A stretch of 64,000 nt of DNA from Longimicrobiales bacterium (GCA_965248195.1 CBDFIQ010000001.1:1024001-1088000), one strand, 5' to 3'; numbered from the stretch's first letter, positions 42,125 through 51,063 are shown. Notes: generated by a model from the letters alone, not told the origin. Numbers and translations are program-made.

Positions 42125-42589
42125 ATGAGCCCGGGGCAAATCCGGACACCCCAGTTCGAGGGGCGCAGTTCATCTTCGCCGCGGGCCTCGCGGACGATGT
42201 CTGCGAACCGCTCGACAGGCACGAAGCCCGAACTCGCTCTGAGAAGTGCCGTCTGGCGCTTGGGCCTCCGCTACCGGGTCAGTCCTGTCGATGTTCGGGG
42301 AAAGCCCGACATGGTATTTCGGTCCGCGCGCGTCGCCGTGTTCTGCGATGGCGACTTTTGGCACGGAAAGGACTGGCTAGCCCGAAAGGCCCGGCTCGCT
42401 CAGGGATCAAACGCCGAGTATTGGGTGGCGAAGATTGAGGCTAACCGCGCCCGGGACCGGGAACACGCCGATGCGCTAAGAGCACAGGGGTGGCGGGTGC
42501 TACGCTTCTGGGAATCCGATATCCATCGCGATGTTGACAAGTTGGCTTCCAAGGTGGTTAGCGCTGTGAAGTCGGCACGTCCGGATTGA
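42125..42589 (+). CDS. vsr: Very-short-patch repair endonuclease
   Basis: TKPE, GKPD, FCDGDFWHG, YWVAKIEANRARD, GWRVLRFWE. Confidence 0.92.
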   Translation: MSPGQIRTPQFEGRSSSSPRASRTMSANRSTGTKPELALRSAVWRLGLRYRVSPVDVRGKPDMVFRSARVAVFCDGDFWHGKDWLARKARLAQGSNAEYWVAKIEANRARDREHADALRAQGWRVLRFWESDIHRDVDKLASKVVSAVKSARPD

Positions 42590-42806
42590 GCTCCGGGCGC
42601 CTTCGGCGCCCTCCGCTCGTCTCGCGGAGGACATCTGGATCTATCGAAAACTTTGCCGACGCTCGGCTCGAACCTACGGTTCTGTCGTGCGACTCCGTCG
42701 CCCGACGCGTGCTCGCCTGCGGCGACCCCGCTGAATCCGGCCGCCCCGCCTGAGTCTCCGCAATGACGAAAGGCCCCACAGCGAACAAAGTGCTGCGGAG
42801 CCTCAG

Positions 42807-42880
42807 TCGGGACGGCCGGATTCGAACCGGCGACCCCCTGAACCCCATTCAGGTGCGCTACCGAGCTGCGCCACGTCCCG
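42807..42880 (-). tRNA. tRNA-Pro(GGG)
   Basis: Cloverleaf CGGGACG...CGTCCCG-A, anticodon arm CCTGA-ATGGGGT-TCAGG; no encoded CCA. Confidence 0.95.
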
Positions 42881-42890
42881 TGAGGGAGGG

Positions 42891-42919
42891 AATATAGAGG
42901 GAGGGTAGGGGGGGCTCAA
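42891..42919 (-). promoter_or_regulatory. Sigma70 promoter for tRNA-Pro
   Basis: TTGAGC-17bp-TATATT. Confidence 0.7.
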
Positions 42920-43066
42920 CTGGATGGGTGGGGTTTGTCCATGGCCTGATGGTGATGGTGGTGGCTGGGATGGGTACGGTCGTGAGGGTTGTGTCCGGAT
43001 CCCCAGGAGGAGTGTCATGAGCGCGAGCAAAAGAACGATGGATCTCGGTGAGTCCAGCTTGTCCGG

Positions 43067-44293
43067 TCACGGGCTCGTCGGGTCCATGATTCGCCCCATG
43101 AACAGCACGGCGCCGGTCTCGTCGTCCCGAATCAGGAACACGAAAGGCCTGTCGACGTGGAACGGGATGGGCTCGGGTGGCTCTTCTTCCCGCAAAGCTT
43201 CACCCAGGAAGTCCATCATGGTGGCTGCCGCCGCTTCGGTCCCCTTCTCATCCACCTTCACCCAAGCGTCGTGCATGACGTCGGAGATGCTCAGCCCCTC
43301 GGGATCATCGGTCACGCCGGAGAAGTCGGACCGAGTCGCATCGAAGCCCGCCTCGATGCCTAATCCCCGGAGCGCTTCACCGAGCCGGGACGTAGAGCGC
43401 ACCTCGAAGCGAGGAAGCTTGAGATCGACGAGGGTGGACTGCAATCCGGCAACGACGCGATCGAGGAATGCAGCGTCCAGCGCGTCCTCCAACGCCGCCA
43501 ACCGACCCGCGCCGGGAAGCAGGACCACCATCGACATGGCCTCGTAGGGAATCGACACGGCTTCCACGCCGAGCGCCTCGTCGGCCCAGTATCGGAGGTT
43601 CAGCTCTTGCTTCATCATCCTGACCTCCACCGTATCCGCTCCCCCCGATTCGGACGACAGGAAGAACGGCTCCGGGGAAGTGGAGGATGCGCTGAAGGGG
43701 TTGCTCCACGCCGCCTTGAAGTAGACGGCGTTCGCCAGCACGAGGCGGGTCAGAGGGTCCAGGCCCCCGGACGAGACCAGGGTCGGGATCTTGCCTTGGG
43801 TCTGCTCCGAGACCCATCCGTTGATGAGCCCCGCGGCCTCGGCGGCCGCGTTGAAGTCCAAAGAGAAGAGCTCGGCCCTGAAGTGGTCTGTCACCGTGTC
43901 ACGGTAGGACGCCAGGATCGGGTACGCTTCCTGGACGAACAAGGCGGTGGCGATGTTGAGGGTGAAGAGGTCCCTCGCGACTTGTCGGGGCTCGCCGTTT
44001 TCGTACTCCCACGATGTCTCCTTGCGATTAAACAGACTCTGGAGGAGCGCAGAAGCGCTCTCTTGCGCCGGTCCGTTCAGTCCGTGGAGGCCTAACACCG
44101 CTTCGATCTCCTCCCGGGTGGCCCCCCCCGCGCCGGGGACCAGCGCCGAAATGGCCATGGAGATGCTCAGGGGGGAAAAGAAGGAGTTGCCGCCGTCACC
44201 CAACTCACCATACAGGCGAAGGCCGAAGGCGTTGAAGCCCCTGGCGAGATCCTGTGCCCCGGACAAGGTCGCGGGAGACTCGGCGTCGTGCAT
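43067..44293 (-). CDS. Serpin-family protein
   Basis: FFSPLSI, INGWVSEQTQGKI, LVLANAVYFKAAW, VDEKGTEAAAAT, FHVDRPFVFLI, LFMGRI. Confidence 0.95.
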   Translation of the reverse strand: MHDAESPATLSGAQDLARGFNAFGLRLYGELGDGGNSFFSPLSISMAISALVPGAGGATREEIEAVLGLHGLNGPAQESASALLQSLFNRKETSWEYENGEPRQVARDLFTLNIATALFVQEAYPILASYRDTVTDHFRAELFSLDFNAAAEAAGLINGWVSEQTQGKIPTLVSSGGLDPLTRLVLANAVYFKAAWSNPFSASSTSPEPFFLSSESGGADTVEVRMMKQELNLRYWADEALGVEAVSIPYEAMSMVVLLPGAGRLAALEDALDAAFLDRVVAGLQSTLVDLKLPRFEVRSTSRLGEALRGLGIEAGFDATRSDFSGVTDDPEGLSISDVMHDAWVKVDEKGTEAAAATMMDFLGEALREEEPPEPIPFHVDRPFVFLIRDDETGAVLFMGRIMDPTSP

Positions 44294-44389
44294 AGCTCAA
44301 AGTAGCCTCAAACTTCTTGCGGTCCACTCCCGAGCCGGGAAGCTTTGAATCATGCGGATCAGCGATCTTTTGGGAGAAAGGAAACGAGC

Positions 44390-44974
44390 ATGTCCGACGA
44401 GATCTCGCCCGCCGACGCGGCGCGGCACGATGAGATCGTCGATGAGGGCTGGTCCCTCGTAGAGGGCGAAGTCTTCCTCGACGGGAGCGGCCCCTCCGGA
44501 AGGCCGGGGATGTTCGCACGGCGCAAGCTGCAGAAAGCGATCGAGCGCTTCCAGAGGGCCTTGGAGATCAACCCCAAGGGGTGGCAGTCCATGTGGATTC
44601 TGGGAAAGATCCACCAACGGCTGGAAAGCGAGGCGGAATCCCTCTTCTGGTTCAAGAAGGCGATGGCGCTCGCCCCGGATCAACCCGACGTGGCTCGGGA
44701 GACCGGGCTCGCTGCCTTCGCGGCCGGGAACACGGAGCTCGCGCTCCAGTGCTGTCAGGCCGCCCTGGACGCCCGCCCCGACGACGCTGGACTCATGGCG
44801 AACCTGGCTTTGGCCCACCTTCTGCGCGGCGGCCTAGCCCAGGCCGAGGGCTTCGTGAGCAAGGCGCTGGAGCTGGTCCCTCACGACCCGGTCTCCGAAC
44901 ACCTGTCGCAGATCATCCGAGAAGTTACGGAGGGAACGAGGCCGCAGCCCGCGAGCATCCACGACATTAGCTAG
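44390..44974 (+). CDS. Tetratricopeptide repeat protein
   Basis: Repeated A...F..AL.L.P motifs. Confidence 0.85.
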   Translation: MSDEISPADAARHDEIVDEGWSLVEGEVFLDGSGPSGRPGMFARRKLQKAIERFQRALEINPKGWQSMWILGKIHQRLESEAESLFWFKKAMALAPDQPDVARETGLAAFAAGNTELALQCCQAALDARPDDAGLMANLALAHLLRGGLAQAEGFVSKALELVPHDPVSEHLSQIIREVTEGTRPQPASIHDIS

Positions 44975-44998
44975 GCCTCGAGGGTGGCGAGACCATGG

Positions 44999-45025
44999 TG
45001 AACTCATTATCATGGGTTCATGAAC
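44999..45025. promoter_or_regulatory. Overlapping palindromes, likely TA operator
   Basis: TGAACTCAT-N4-ATGGGTTCA and perfect GTTCATGAAC at the antitoxin start. Confidence 0.5.
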
Positions 45026-45346
45026 TACGATCATGAAGACAACAAACGCCAAACAAAACGTGTGCGGGAGCCCGCGCAAGTTTATTTGGATTCCCCCGAG
45101 CAGGAGCGCCTCGAGCGTTTGACTGCGGAGTTGGACACCACCAAGTCCGACGTGCTCCGCCGCGGTCTGGAGGCGTTGGAGCGGGAGCTGTTCGATCCGG
45201 AGCACCATCCGGCCCTTCAGATCATCGGGATCGCGGGAGTGGAGCGAGGTGGGGAGGGCGACTTCGACGTAGCGCGGGAGCACGACCGATTCCTCGCCGG
45301 CCTCGAGGACCGACGGCTCTCGGACGAGGGGTCCGGTGGCGGCTGA
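45020..45346 (+). CDS. RHH/CopG-type antitoxin
   Basis: QVYL...L...TKSDVLRRGL, C-terminal AREHDRFL; overlaps the toxin. Confidence 0.8.
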   Translation: MNYDHEDNKRQTKRVREPAQVYLDSPEQERLERLTAELDTTKSDVLRRGLEALERELFDPEHHPALQIIGIAGVERGGEGDFDVAREHDRFLAGLEDRRLSDEGSGGG

Positions 45347-45752
45347 GTTGTTTGTGGACACCAGCGCTTGGTATCCGATCGCAGTGCCGGATCATCCCGA
45401 CCACAGGGCCCTGGCGGACGCACTGACGGCGGCGGTCCGTGGTAGCCGGCGGGTTGTGACGACCAACTTGATTGTGGCCGAGACGTACGCGCTGCTGTTG
45501 TGCCGCGCGCGGCGGCGGGCGGCTTTGGGCTTCCTCCATGCGGTACGACGATCACCGAACGAAGTGGTGAGCGCGACGCCCGATCTAGAGAACCGCGCGA
45601 TCACCCATTGGCTCGAGCGCTACGAAGATCAGGACTTCTCTCTCGCCGATGCCGTCAGCTTCGAGGTGATGGCTGGGCGGGGGATCCGCGAAGTGCTGAC
45701 GCTGGATCATCACTTCTCCGCGGCGGGATTCGTGATGGTTCCGGCGCCGTGA
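45336..45752 (+). CDS. PIN-domain VapC-family toxin
   Basis: FVDTSAW, IVAET, SLADAVSF, TLDHHF. Confidence 0.9.
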   Translation: MAAELFVDTSAWYPIAVPDHPDHRALADALTAAVRGSRRVVTTNLIVAETYALLLCRARRRAALGFLHAVRRSPNEVVSATPDLENRAITHWLERYEDQDFSLADAVSFEVMAGRGIREVLTLDHHFSAAGFVMVPAP

Positions 45753-45774
45753 GCGCGCCCCGCATGCCGGGCGG

Positions 45775-46677
45775 CTAGAACTTCAAGGAGAACGTGAGCT
45801 CCGTCAGTTTCTGCTGTCGGAAACCACGTTTTCGACTCTCACCGTTGGTGTGTTTGAGAGACACGCCAGCCCTCGTCCCGGCATCCGTTTTCAAGAACCA
45901 CACGTTCGCGTCCGCCGTCACCAACTGATGACCACGGTCCAGCTGATCGGGATCGGCAGTTTCCTGCAAGTCGTAGACGTAGGAGTACTCGACGGTCAGT
46001 TCGAGCCGTTTTGATAAATGCGAAGGCAGCGGAATCAGCTCCGCCCGCACCCCACTGACTGCCCGGACAACGGAGTTTAAGCGGGACTCGTCCGCCGCGC
46101 TCACCACGCTCTCGTGCTCGAGACCGATGGACGGGCTGTAGGTGAACTCCACAGCCGAGCCAAATTGGCTTGCGACATTCGGGAGAAAGAGATTCGCGAG
46201 ACCGCCGCCCCGGTCCTCCGCCACCGGCGTGAAGAGCAGGTCCGTCACCACCGACCTGGTGGAGCGCTCGAAATCGTTCTTATAGAAGACGCGTGCAGCC
46301 AGGACCGCGCTCCATTTTCCCCCTTCCCCCTCCGCCTCGCGAGTCTGCCAGTTCGTCGACAGCCCGACCGTAAAGACGTTTTGCGGCTTCTTGATGTTCG
46401 ACAGCAGTCGGTATTCGACGAACGGGCCGATATCGATCTTCTGGCCCAGACTCTCGAAACCGAAGCCGACCCGCATGGCTGACCGGATGCTGTACGAAGC
46501 GGTGGTATCATCGGGTAGGAGGACGCTGAACGATGCTGGCTTAACTTTTTTCGCCTTGCCCGAGAACTTGCCCGAGAACGAGTCTTGGAAGGTGATACGG
46601 TCCAAGATCTGGCCCACGGCCTCCGTGCTGGAGCCCAGTAGCAGGGCCAGGACGATGAGTAGCGTGGGTCTCGTCAT
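45775..46677 (-). CDS. Secreted beta-rich protein, possible outer membrane beta-barrel
   Basis: Signal peptide, alternating beta patterns, C-terminal Phe (LTFSLKF). Confidence 0.6.
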   Translation of the reverse strand: MTRPTLLIVLALLLGSSTEAVGQILDRITFQDSFSGKFSGKAKKVKPASFSVLLPDDTTASYSIRSAMRVGFGFESLGQKIDIGPFVEYRLLSNIKKPQNVFTVGLSTNWQTREAEGEGGKWSAVLAARVFYKNDFERSTRSVVTDLLFTPVAEDRGGGLANLFLPNVASQFGSAVEFTYSPSIGLEHESVVSAADESRLNSVVRAVSGVRAELIPLPSHLSKRLELTVEYSYVYDLQETADPDQLDRGHQLVTADANVWFLKTDAGTRAGVSLKHTNGESRKRGFRQQKLTELTFSLKF

Positions 46678-46693
46678 AGGACGCGCCGGGTCC

Positions 46694-47242
46694 CTACCGG
46701 CTCCAGGGCGGCACGATCTGGTTCATGCGCGCGTAGGCGATCGACTGGCCTAGGTGCTCGTGCATGTCCCCGACCGCGAGGCCGACGACGCCGGCTGCGT
46801 TCGTCGCTTGTCCGAACCACGCGGCGTCGGCGCCAAGATCGGCCGCCGTCATGTTCCGGCACGAGTCGATCATATAGTTCCACGCACGCTCGATCTCCCC
46901 GATGACGTCTGCCTTCGACATGGCGGCCACTCTGGCGGTCTCGGGGCCGAAACCCGAGGCGGCACCCATCGGAGGATCCGCTCCCCACATGCCGGGGAAG
47001 ATGTGGCCTTCGGCCACCATGAGGACCATGACGTCGCGCACCGAGCGCACACCCTCCATTGGCGCCCAATCCCACGTGTCTTCGGGAAACGCCTCGGCCA
47101 GGGAGAGGAATTTGTCCCGCATCTGCTCGAGGTCGGCTACCGTCTGGTCCTGCCACGCCTGCATTCCGCCCCCCTGGGCGGCACCAGCCGTGGGCAGCAG
47201 AAACAGCGCTCCCGCGATCAACCACATGCAACGTTTTGTCAT
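46694..47242 (-). CDS. Secreted DinB-family protein
   Basis: WAPMEGVRSV and HEHLGQSIAYARMNQIVPPWS. Confidence 0.82.
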   Translation of the reverse strand: MTKRCMWLIAGALFLLPTAGAAQGGGMQAWQDQTVADLEQMRDKFLSLAEAFPEDTWDWAPMEGVRSVRDVMVLMVAEGHIFPGMWGADPPMGAASGFGPETARVAAMSKADVIGEIERAWNYMIDSCRNMTAADLGADAAWFGQATNAAGVVGLAVGDMHEHLGQSIAYARMNQIVPPWSR

Positions 47243-47337
47243 CGTCGACTCTCCCCCGGTGGAGGACAAGAGTGCGTAAGCCAATGTACTACGTAATCGT
47301 GTGCTGCGCCGCCCCCCGGAGGGCATGAGGGCCAGGG

Positions 47338-47366
47338 TTGAACCTTTGTCTTCTCTCGAATACCTT
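47338..47366 (+). promoter_or_regulatory. Sigma70 promoter for tRNA-fMet
   Basis: TTGAAC-17bp-TACCTT, 11 nt before the tRNA. Confidence 0.65.
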
Positions 47367-47377
47367 TCGATCTTCAC

Positions 47378-47451
<74 letters not shown>

Positions 47452-47456
47452 CTTTG

Positions 47457-47483
47457 AAACACGCCGCCTTCGGGCGGCGTTTG
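47457..47483 (+). terminator. Hairpin after tRNA-fMet
   Basis: ACGCCGCC-TTCG-GGCGGCGT followed by TTG. Confidence 0.6.
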
Positions 47484-47675
47484 TATGTTCATACTTTCGG
47501 GATCCAGGGAGTCGTCGATGTTCAGGACCGACGCGCAGCAGGCCCGCGGATGGACGATGGCGGACACGTGGTCTAGCCCGGGCGGGTGGGCCGTCGAGGG
47601 GCGCCTCTAGCAAGCCCGGAGTGCGCACCCCTCGCCGAGCCGCCCGTCGCCGAAAGGCCGGGCGGATTTTTTTTG

Positions 47676-47748
47676 GGCCAGGTAGCTCAGTTGGTAGAGC
47701 ACGCGACTGAAAATCGTGGTGTCGGTGGTTCGATTCCGCCCCTGGCCA
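47676..47748 (+). tRNA. tRNA-Phe(GAA)
   Basis: Cloverleaf; anticodon loop CTGAAAA. Confidence 0.95.
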
Positions 47749-47800
47749 CTGAAAGATTGAAATGGTGTAGACCGATGGGATGGCAAGGATCGGATGTCAG

Positions 47801-47873
47801 AGGTCCGTAGCTCAACTGGTAGAGCACCGGTCTCCAAAACCGGGGGTTGGGGGTTCGAGTCCCTCCGGGCCTG
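47801..47873 (+). tRNA. tRNA-Trp(CCA)
   Basis: CCGGT-CTCCAAA-ACCGG. Confidence 0.95.
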
Positions 47874-47895
47874 TTCGAAAATTGGTAAGGGAGTC

Positions 47896-47967
47896 GCCCT
47901 CATCGTCTAATGGTTAGGACGCCAGGTTTTCAACCTGGTAATCGGGGTTCGATTCCCCGTGAGGGTA
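47896..47967 (+). tRNA. tRNA-Glu(TTC)
   Basis: CCAGG-TTTTCAA-CCTGG. Confidence 0.93.
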
Positions 47968-47985
47968 TAATTGATGAAGTGCGTA

Positions 47986-48060
47986 GGGGCTGTAGCTCAG
48001 CTTGGTTAGAGTGCCGGTCTGTCACACCGGAGGTCGCGGGTTCAAGTCCCGTCAGCCCCG
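47986..48060 (+). tRNA. tRNA-Asp(GTC)
   Basis: CCGGT-CTGTCAC-ACCGG. Confidence 0.95.
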
Positions 48061-48099
48061 CTCGAGACGCTGTTTGACAGAGATCAGGTTGATTGTGTT

Positions 48100-48172
<73 letters not shown>

Positions 48173-48210
48173 CTGGTGCGCCCGAACAGGGGTGCCCTAG
48201 GCACGAAGTC

Positions 48211-48295
48211 GCTCGGGTGGCGGAATTGGTAGACGCGCAGGGTTCAGGACCCTGTGGGGGTTAACCTCGTGAGGGTTCGAGTCCCTCCCCGAGCA
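48211..48295 (+). tRNA. tRNA-Leu(CAG)
   Basis: CAGGG-TTCAGGA-CCCTG, long variable arm. Confidence 0.95.
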
Positions 48296-48328
48296 TGATT
48301 GGTGTGTAGGCCGGATGACATGGTTTGG

Positions 48329-48412
48329 GCCCACGTGCTGGAATTGGTAGACAGGCTGGTTTGAGGGACCAGTGTCGGAAACGGCGTACAGGTTCGAGTC
48401 CTGTCGTGGGCA
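48329..48412 (+). tRNA. tRNA-Leu(GAG)
   Basis: CTGGT-TTGAGGG-ACCAG, long variable arm. Confidence 0.95.
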
Positions 48413-48640
48413 CTTTTTCGCGGACGCTTTTGGCGTAGGGCGGTGTCGGGACTGCGGACGGCCCTCGGTCGGCGTACGAATGTACGCCTCGGTCGGACCG
48501 CCTTGCCCTCCTACCCCTACACCAAAATCGCCTCGCGAAAAAGCGATGATCGGAAAGATACTTGGCGTGTTGATTGACGACGTCATTGTGATTCCTCGAG
48601 GACTTGGTCCTCTTGGATGACATTTTTTCATTGTGGTTTT

Positions 48641-48714
48641 GCGCCCGTAGCTCAGCTGGATAGAGTGCCTGGCTACGGACCAGGAGGTCGGGGGTTCGAA
48701 TCCCTCCGGGCGCG
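48641..48714 (+). tRNA. tRNA-Arg(ACG)
   Basis: CCTGG-CTACGGA-CCAGG. Confidence 0.95.
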
Positions 48715-48736
48715 TTTTGATGATGGTGAGAGGATC

Positions 48737-48810
48737 GGGCGCGTAGCTCAGTTGGTTAGAGCGCTACGTTGACATCGTAGAGGTCAGAGGTTCGAGTCCT
48801 CTCGCGCCCA
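48737..48810 (+). tRNA. tRNA-Val(GAC)
   Basis: CTACG-TTGACAT-CGTAG. Confidence 0.95.
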
Positions 48811-48817
48811 TTGGGCC

Positions 48818-48890
48818 GGGGCCGTAGCTCAGTTGGGAGAGCGCAGCGTTCGCAACGCTGAGGTCAGGGGTTCGATTCCCCTCGGCTCCA
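48818..48890 (+). tRNA. tRNA-Ala(CGC)
   Basis: G3:U70; CAGCG-TTCGCAA-CGCTG. Confidence 0.95.
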
Positions 48891-48896
48891 CTGGTG

Positions 48897-48969
48897 GCCA
48901 CCTTAGCTCAGCTGGTAGAGCACGTCACTCGTAATGACGGGGTCGTCGGTTCAAGTCCGACAGGTGGCT
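48897..48969 (+). tRNA. tRNA-Thr(CGT)
   Basis: CGTCA-CTCGTAA-TGACG. Confidence 0.95.
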
Positions 48970-48975
48970 CTGTCT

Positions 48976-49048
48976 TGCCCCTTGGTGTAACTGGCAACAC
49001 GCCGGATTCTGGTTCCGGAGAGTCTAGGTTCGAGCCCTAGAGGGGCAA
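48976..49048 (+). tRNA. tRNA-Gln(CTG)
   Basis: CCGGA-TTCTGGT-TCCGG; U1-A72. Confidence 0.93.
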
Positions 49049-49057
49049 CTGTTCATG

Positions 49058-49141
49058 GGAGGGATGGCCGAGTGGCTTAAGGCGACGCCCTGCTAAGGCG
49101 TTGGACGCAAGTCCGCGTGGGTTCGAATCCCACTCCCTCCG
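49058..49141 (+). tRNA. tRNA-Ser(GCT)
   Basis: ACGCC-CTGCTAA-GGCGT, long variable arm, G73. Confidence 0.95.
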
Positions 49142-49210
49142 TTTTCGATAGATCGGCAGGGTGTCGTGGGATTCGTTCGAGCCTCCCAGTCCCCCGTTTG
49201 GTCTGAATTT

Positions 49211-49294
49211 GGATGGGTGGCCGAGCGGCTTAAGGCGCACGATTGGAAATCGTGTGGGTTAATACCCTCGTGGGTTCGAATCCCACCCCATCCG
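49211..49294 (+). tRNA. tRNA-Ser(GGA)
   Basis: CACGA-TTGGAAA-TCGTG, long variable arm, G73. Confidence 0.95.
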
Positions 49295-49423
49295 CTTGGA
49301 GTTGCCGCAAGGCAACCAAGGGTGATTTGGGTCGTTGGGAACTCGGTCCCGCTCACTTTCCTGGGTGTTCGATGGCCCACGCGTCCCGTAGGAACGCGGT
49401 TTTGGGCGGTTGATGGTTGATTT

Positions 49424-49497
49424 CGGGGCGTGGCTCAGTCCGGTAGAGCGCTGCGTTCGGGACGCAGAGGTCCCCGGTTCAAATCCGGGCGCCCCGA
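49424..49497 (+). tRNA. tRNA-Pro(CGG)
   Basis: CTGCG-TTCGGGA-CGCAG. Confidence 0.95.
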
Positions 49498-49513
49498 CTA
49501 GATTGCGACGTTT

Positions 49514-49596
49514 GGAGCCGTCGCATAATTGGTATTGCACCAGTCTCGAAAACTGGCGCCCGTGAGGGTGTGTGGGTTCGAGTCCCACCGGCTCCG
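49514..49596 (+). tRNA. tRNA-Ser(CGA), atypical D-arm
   Basis: GGAGCCG/CGGCTCC-G, D-arm GCA-TAATTGGTAT-TGC, CCAGT-CTCGAAA-ACTGG, variable arm. Confidence 0.9.
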
Positions 49597-49599
49597 CTT

Positions 49600-49633
49600 G
49601 GCCCTCCAGGTCCGTCACCTGGGGGGTCTTTTT
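49600..49633 (+). terminator. Intrinsic terminator of the tRNA array
   Basis: GGCCCTCCAGGT-loop-ACCTGGGGGGTC followed by TTTTT. Confidence 0.75.
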
Positions 49634-49687
49634 CGTTCTCTGAGAGGGCTGAGAGCTAGGCCGAGACGGGGTCTTGGGAGGGGGGTG

Positions 49688-51063
49688 GGTAGTGTCCCTA
49701 GATTTGTGTAAAAGCGGATAAGCCGGACAGGAGGGAAAGAAAAACGGAAGCTCCTCTGTTGTTGTTCACTGTCACATGAACCCGGGAGTCCGGGTCTGCA
49801 GAGCAGGCTCGGAACCGGAGAGGAGCTTCCGATGCAAGAGATTGTGGAGATCGGTCGGGCCACGCAAGACGAGCTACGCGATGATTTGCGCGAGCTGTTT
49901 CAAGGCGCGATCCGGCTGACGCTCGAGATGGTGCTGGAAGAGGAGCTGAAGGCCATGGTAGGTGCACGCCGCTTCGAGCGGGTGGGAAGCCGGAAGGACC
50001 ATAGGAACGGCACATACCTGAGGCGGCTGCTGACGAGCCTGGGGCAGATCGAGGTCGCCATGCCCCGGAGCCGGGACAACGGTTCGCCGGCCGACGTGAT
50101 CGGCCGCTACCAGCGCAGGAGCCCCGAGCTCGACGAGATGATGGTCGAGGCGTATGTGAGCGGCGTGTCACAGCGCAAGATGGGCGACGTCACCGAGGCG
50201 CTGATGGGCGAGCGTGTTGGGCGCTCGACGGTGAGTCGTGTGGCAAAACGGCTCGACGAGGCCGTGGAAGGGCTGCGCCGTGCGCCGATCGAGGGGCCTC
50301 ACCCCTATCTGTACCTGGACGCCACGTTCTTGGACGCCCGCTGGGCCCGCAAAGTCGAGAACGTGAGTGCGCTCGTGGCGTATGCAGTGGGCCCTGAGGG
50401 TCACCGACGGCTCCTGGCCGTCACGCTGGGCGCTGAGGAGTCGCAGCAGAGCTGGTCGGAGCTCCTCGAGCAACTCCAGGACCGCGGCCTCGGCGGTGTC
50501 GAGCTCGTGATCGCCGATGAGCACGCAGGCCTGGCAGCTGCGGTCCGCCGCTTCCTGCCCGAGGCACGCCGTCAGAGGTGTACGGTCCATCTGCAGCGTA
50601 ATGTGGGGGCGAGGGTCCCCCACCGCCTACGCAAGCGCGTGGCGCGTGAGGTCTCGGTGATCTTCCAGACATCCGGACTCGCCGAGGCGAAGAAGCTCCT
50701 GGGCGAGTTCGGCGCACGCTGGAAGAAGGAGCTGCCCGAGGCCGTGGAGGTCCTGGAGCGGGGCTTCGGGGCAGCGACGCAGTTCTACGCGTTCCCCGAG
50801 GCGCACTGGCCCCGGCTGCGTACCACCAACAGCCTCGAGCGGCTGCACGGCGAGATCAAACGCAGGATCAAGGCCGCCGGCGCCTTCCCGGACCGGGCCA
50901 GCGCCCTCAGGCTCATCACGGCCGTCGCACTCAGGACCACACACGTCTGGGGCGACCGGCGTTACCTCGACCTCTCACTCCTCCAGAAACAGGAGGTCGC
51001 CCAAGCAGCCTAGCCGAAGGCGAGGAGCTTCCTCCGCTTTTACACACAAATCGGGACTTGACC
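49688..51063 (+). mobile_element. IS256-family element, copy 3
   Basis: Same element with one SNP in the left non-coding end; 8-bp TSD GGGGGGTG at 49680-49687 and 51064-51071. Confidence 0.95.
49832..51013 (+). CDS. IS256-family transposase
   Basis: Same protein as the other two copies. Confidence 0.96.
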   Translation: MQEIVEIGRATQDELRDDLRELFQGAIRLTLEMVLEEELKAMVGARRFERVGSRKDHRNGTYLRRLLTSLGQIEVAMPRSRDNGSPADVIGRYQRRSPELDEMMVEAYVSGVSQRKMGDVTEALMGERVGRSTVSRVAKRLDEAVEGLRRAPIEGPHPYLYLDATFLDARWARKVENVSALVAYAVGPEGHRRLLAVTLGAEESQQSWSELLEQLQDRGLGGVELVIADEHAGLAAAVRRFLPEARRQRCTVHLQRNVGARVPHRLRKRVAREVSVIFQTSGLAEAKKLLGEFGARWKKELPEAVEVLERGFGAATQFYAFPEAHWPRLRTTNSLERLHGEIKRRIKAAGAFPDRASALRLITAVALRTTHVWGDRRYLDLSLLQKQEVAQAA

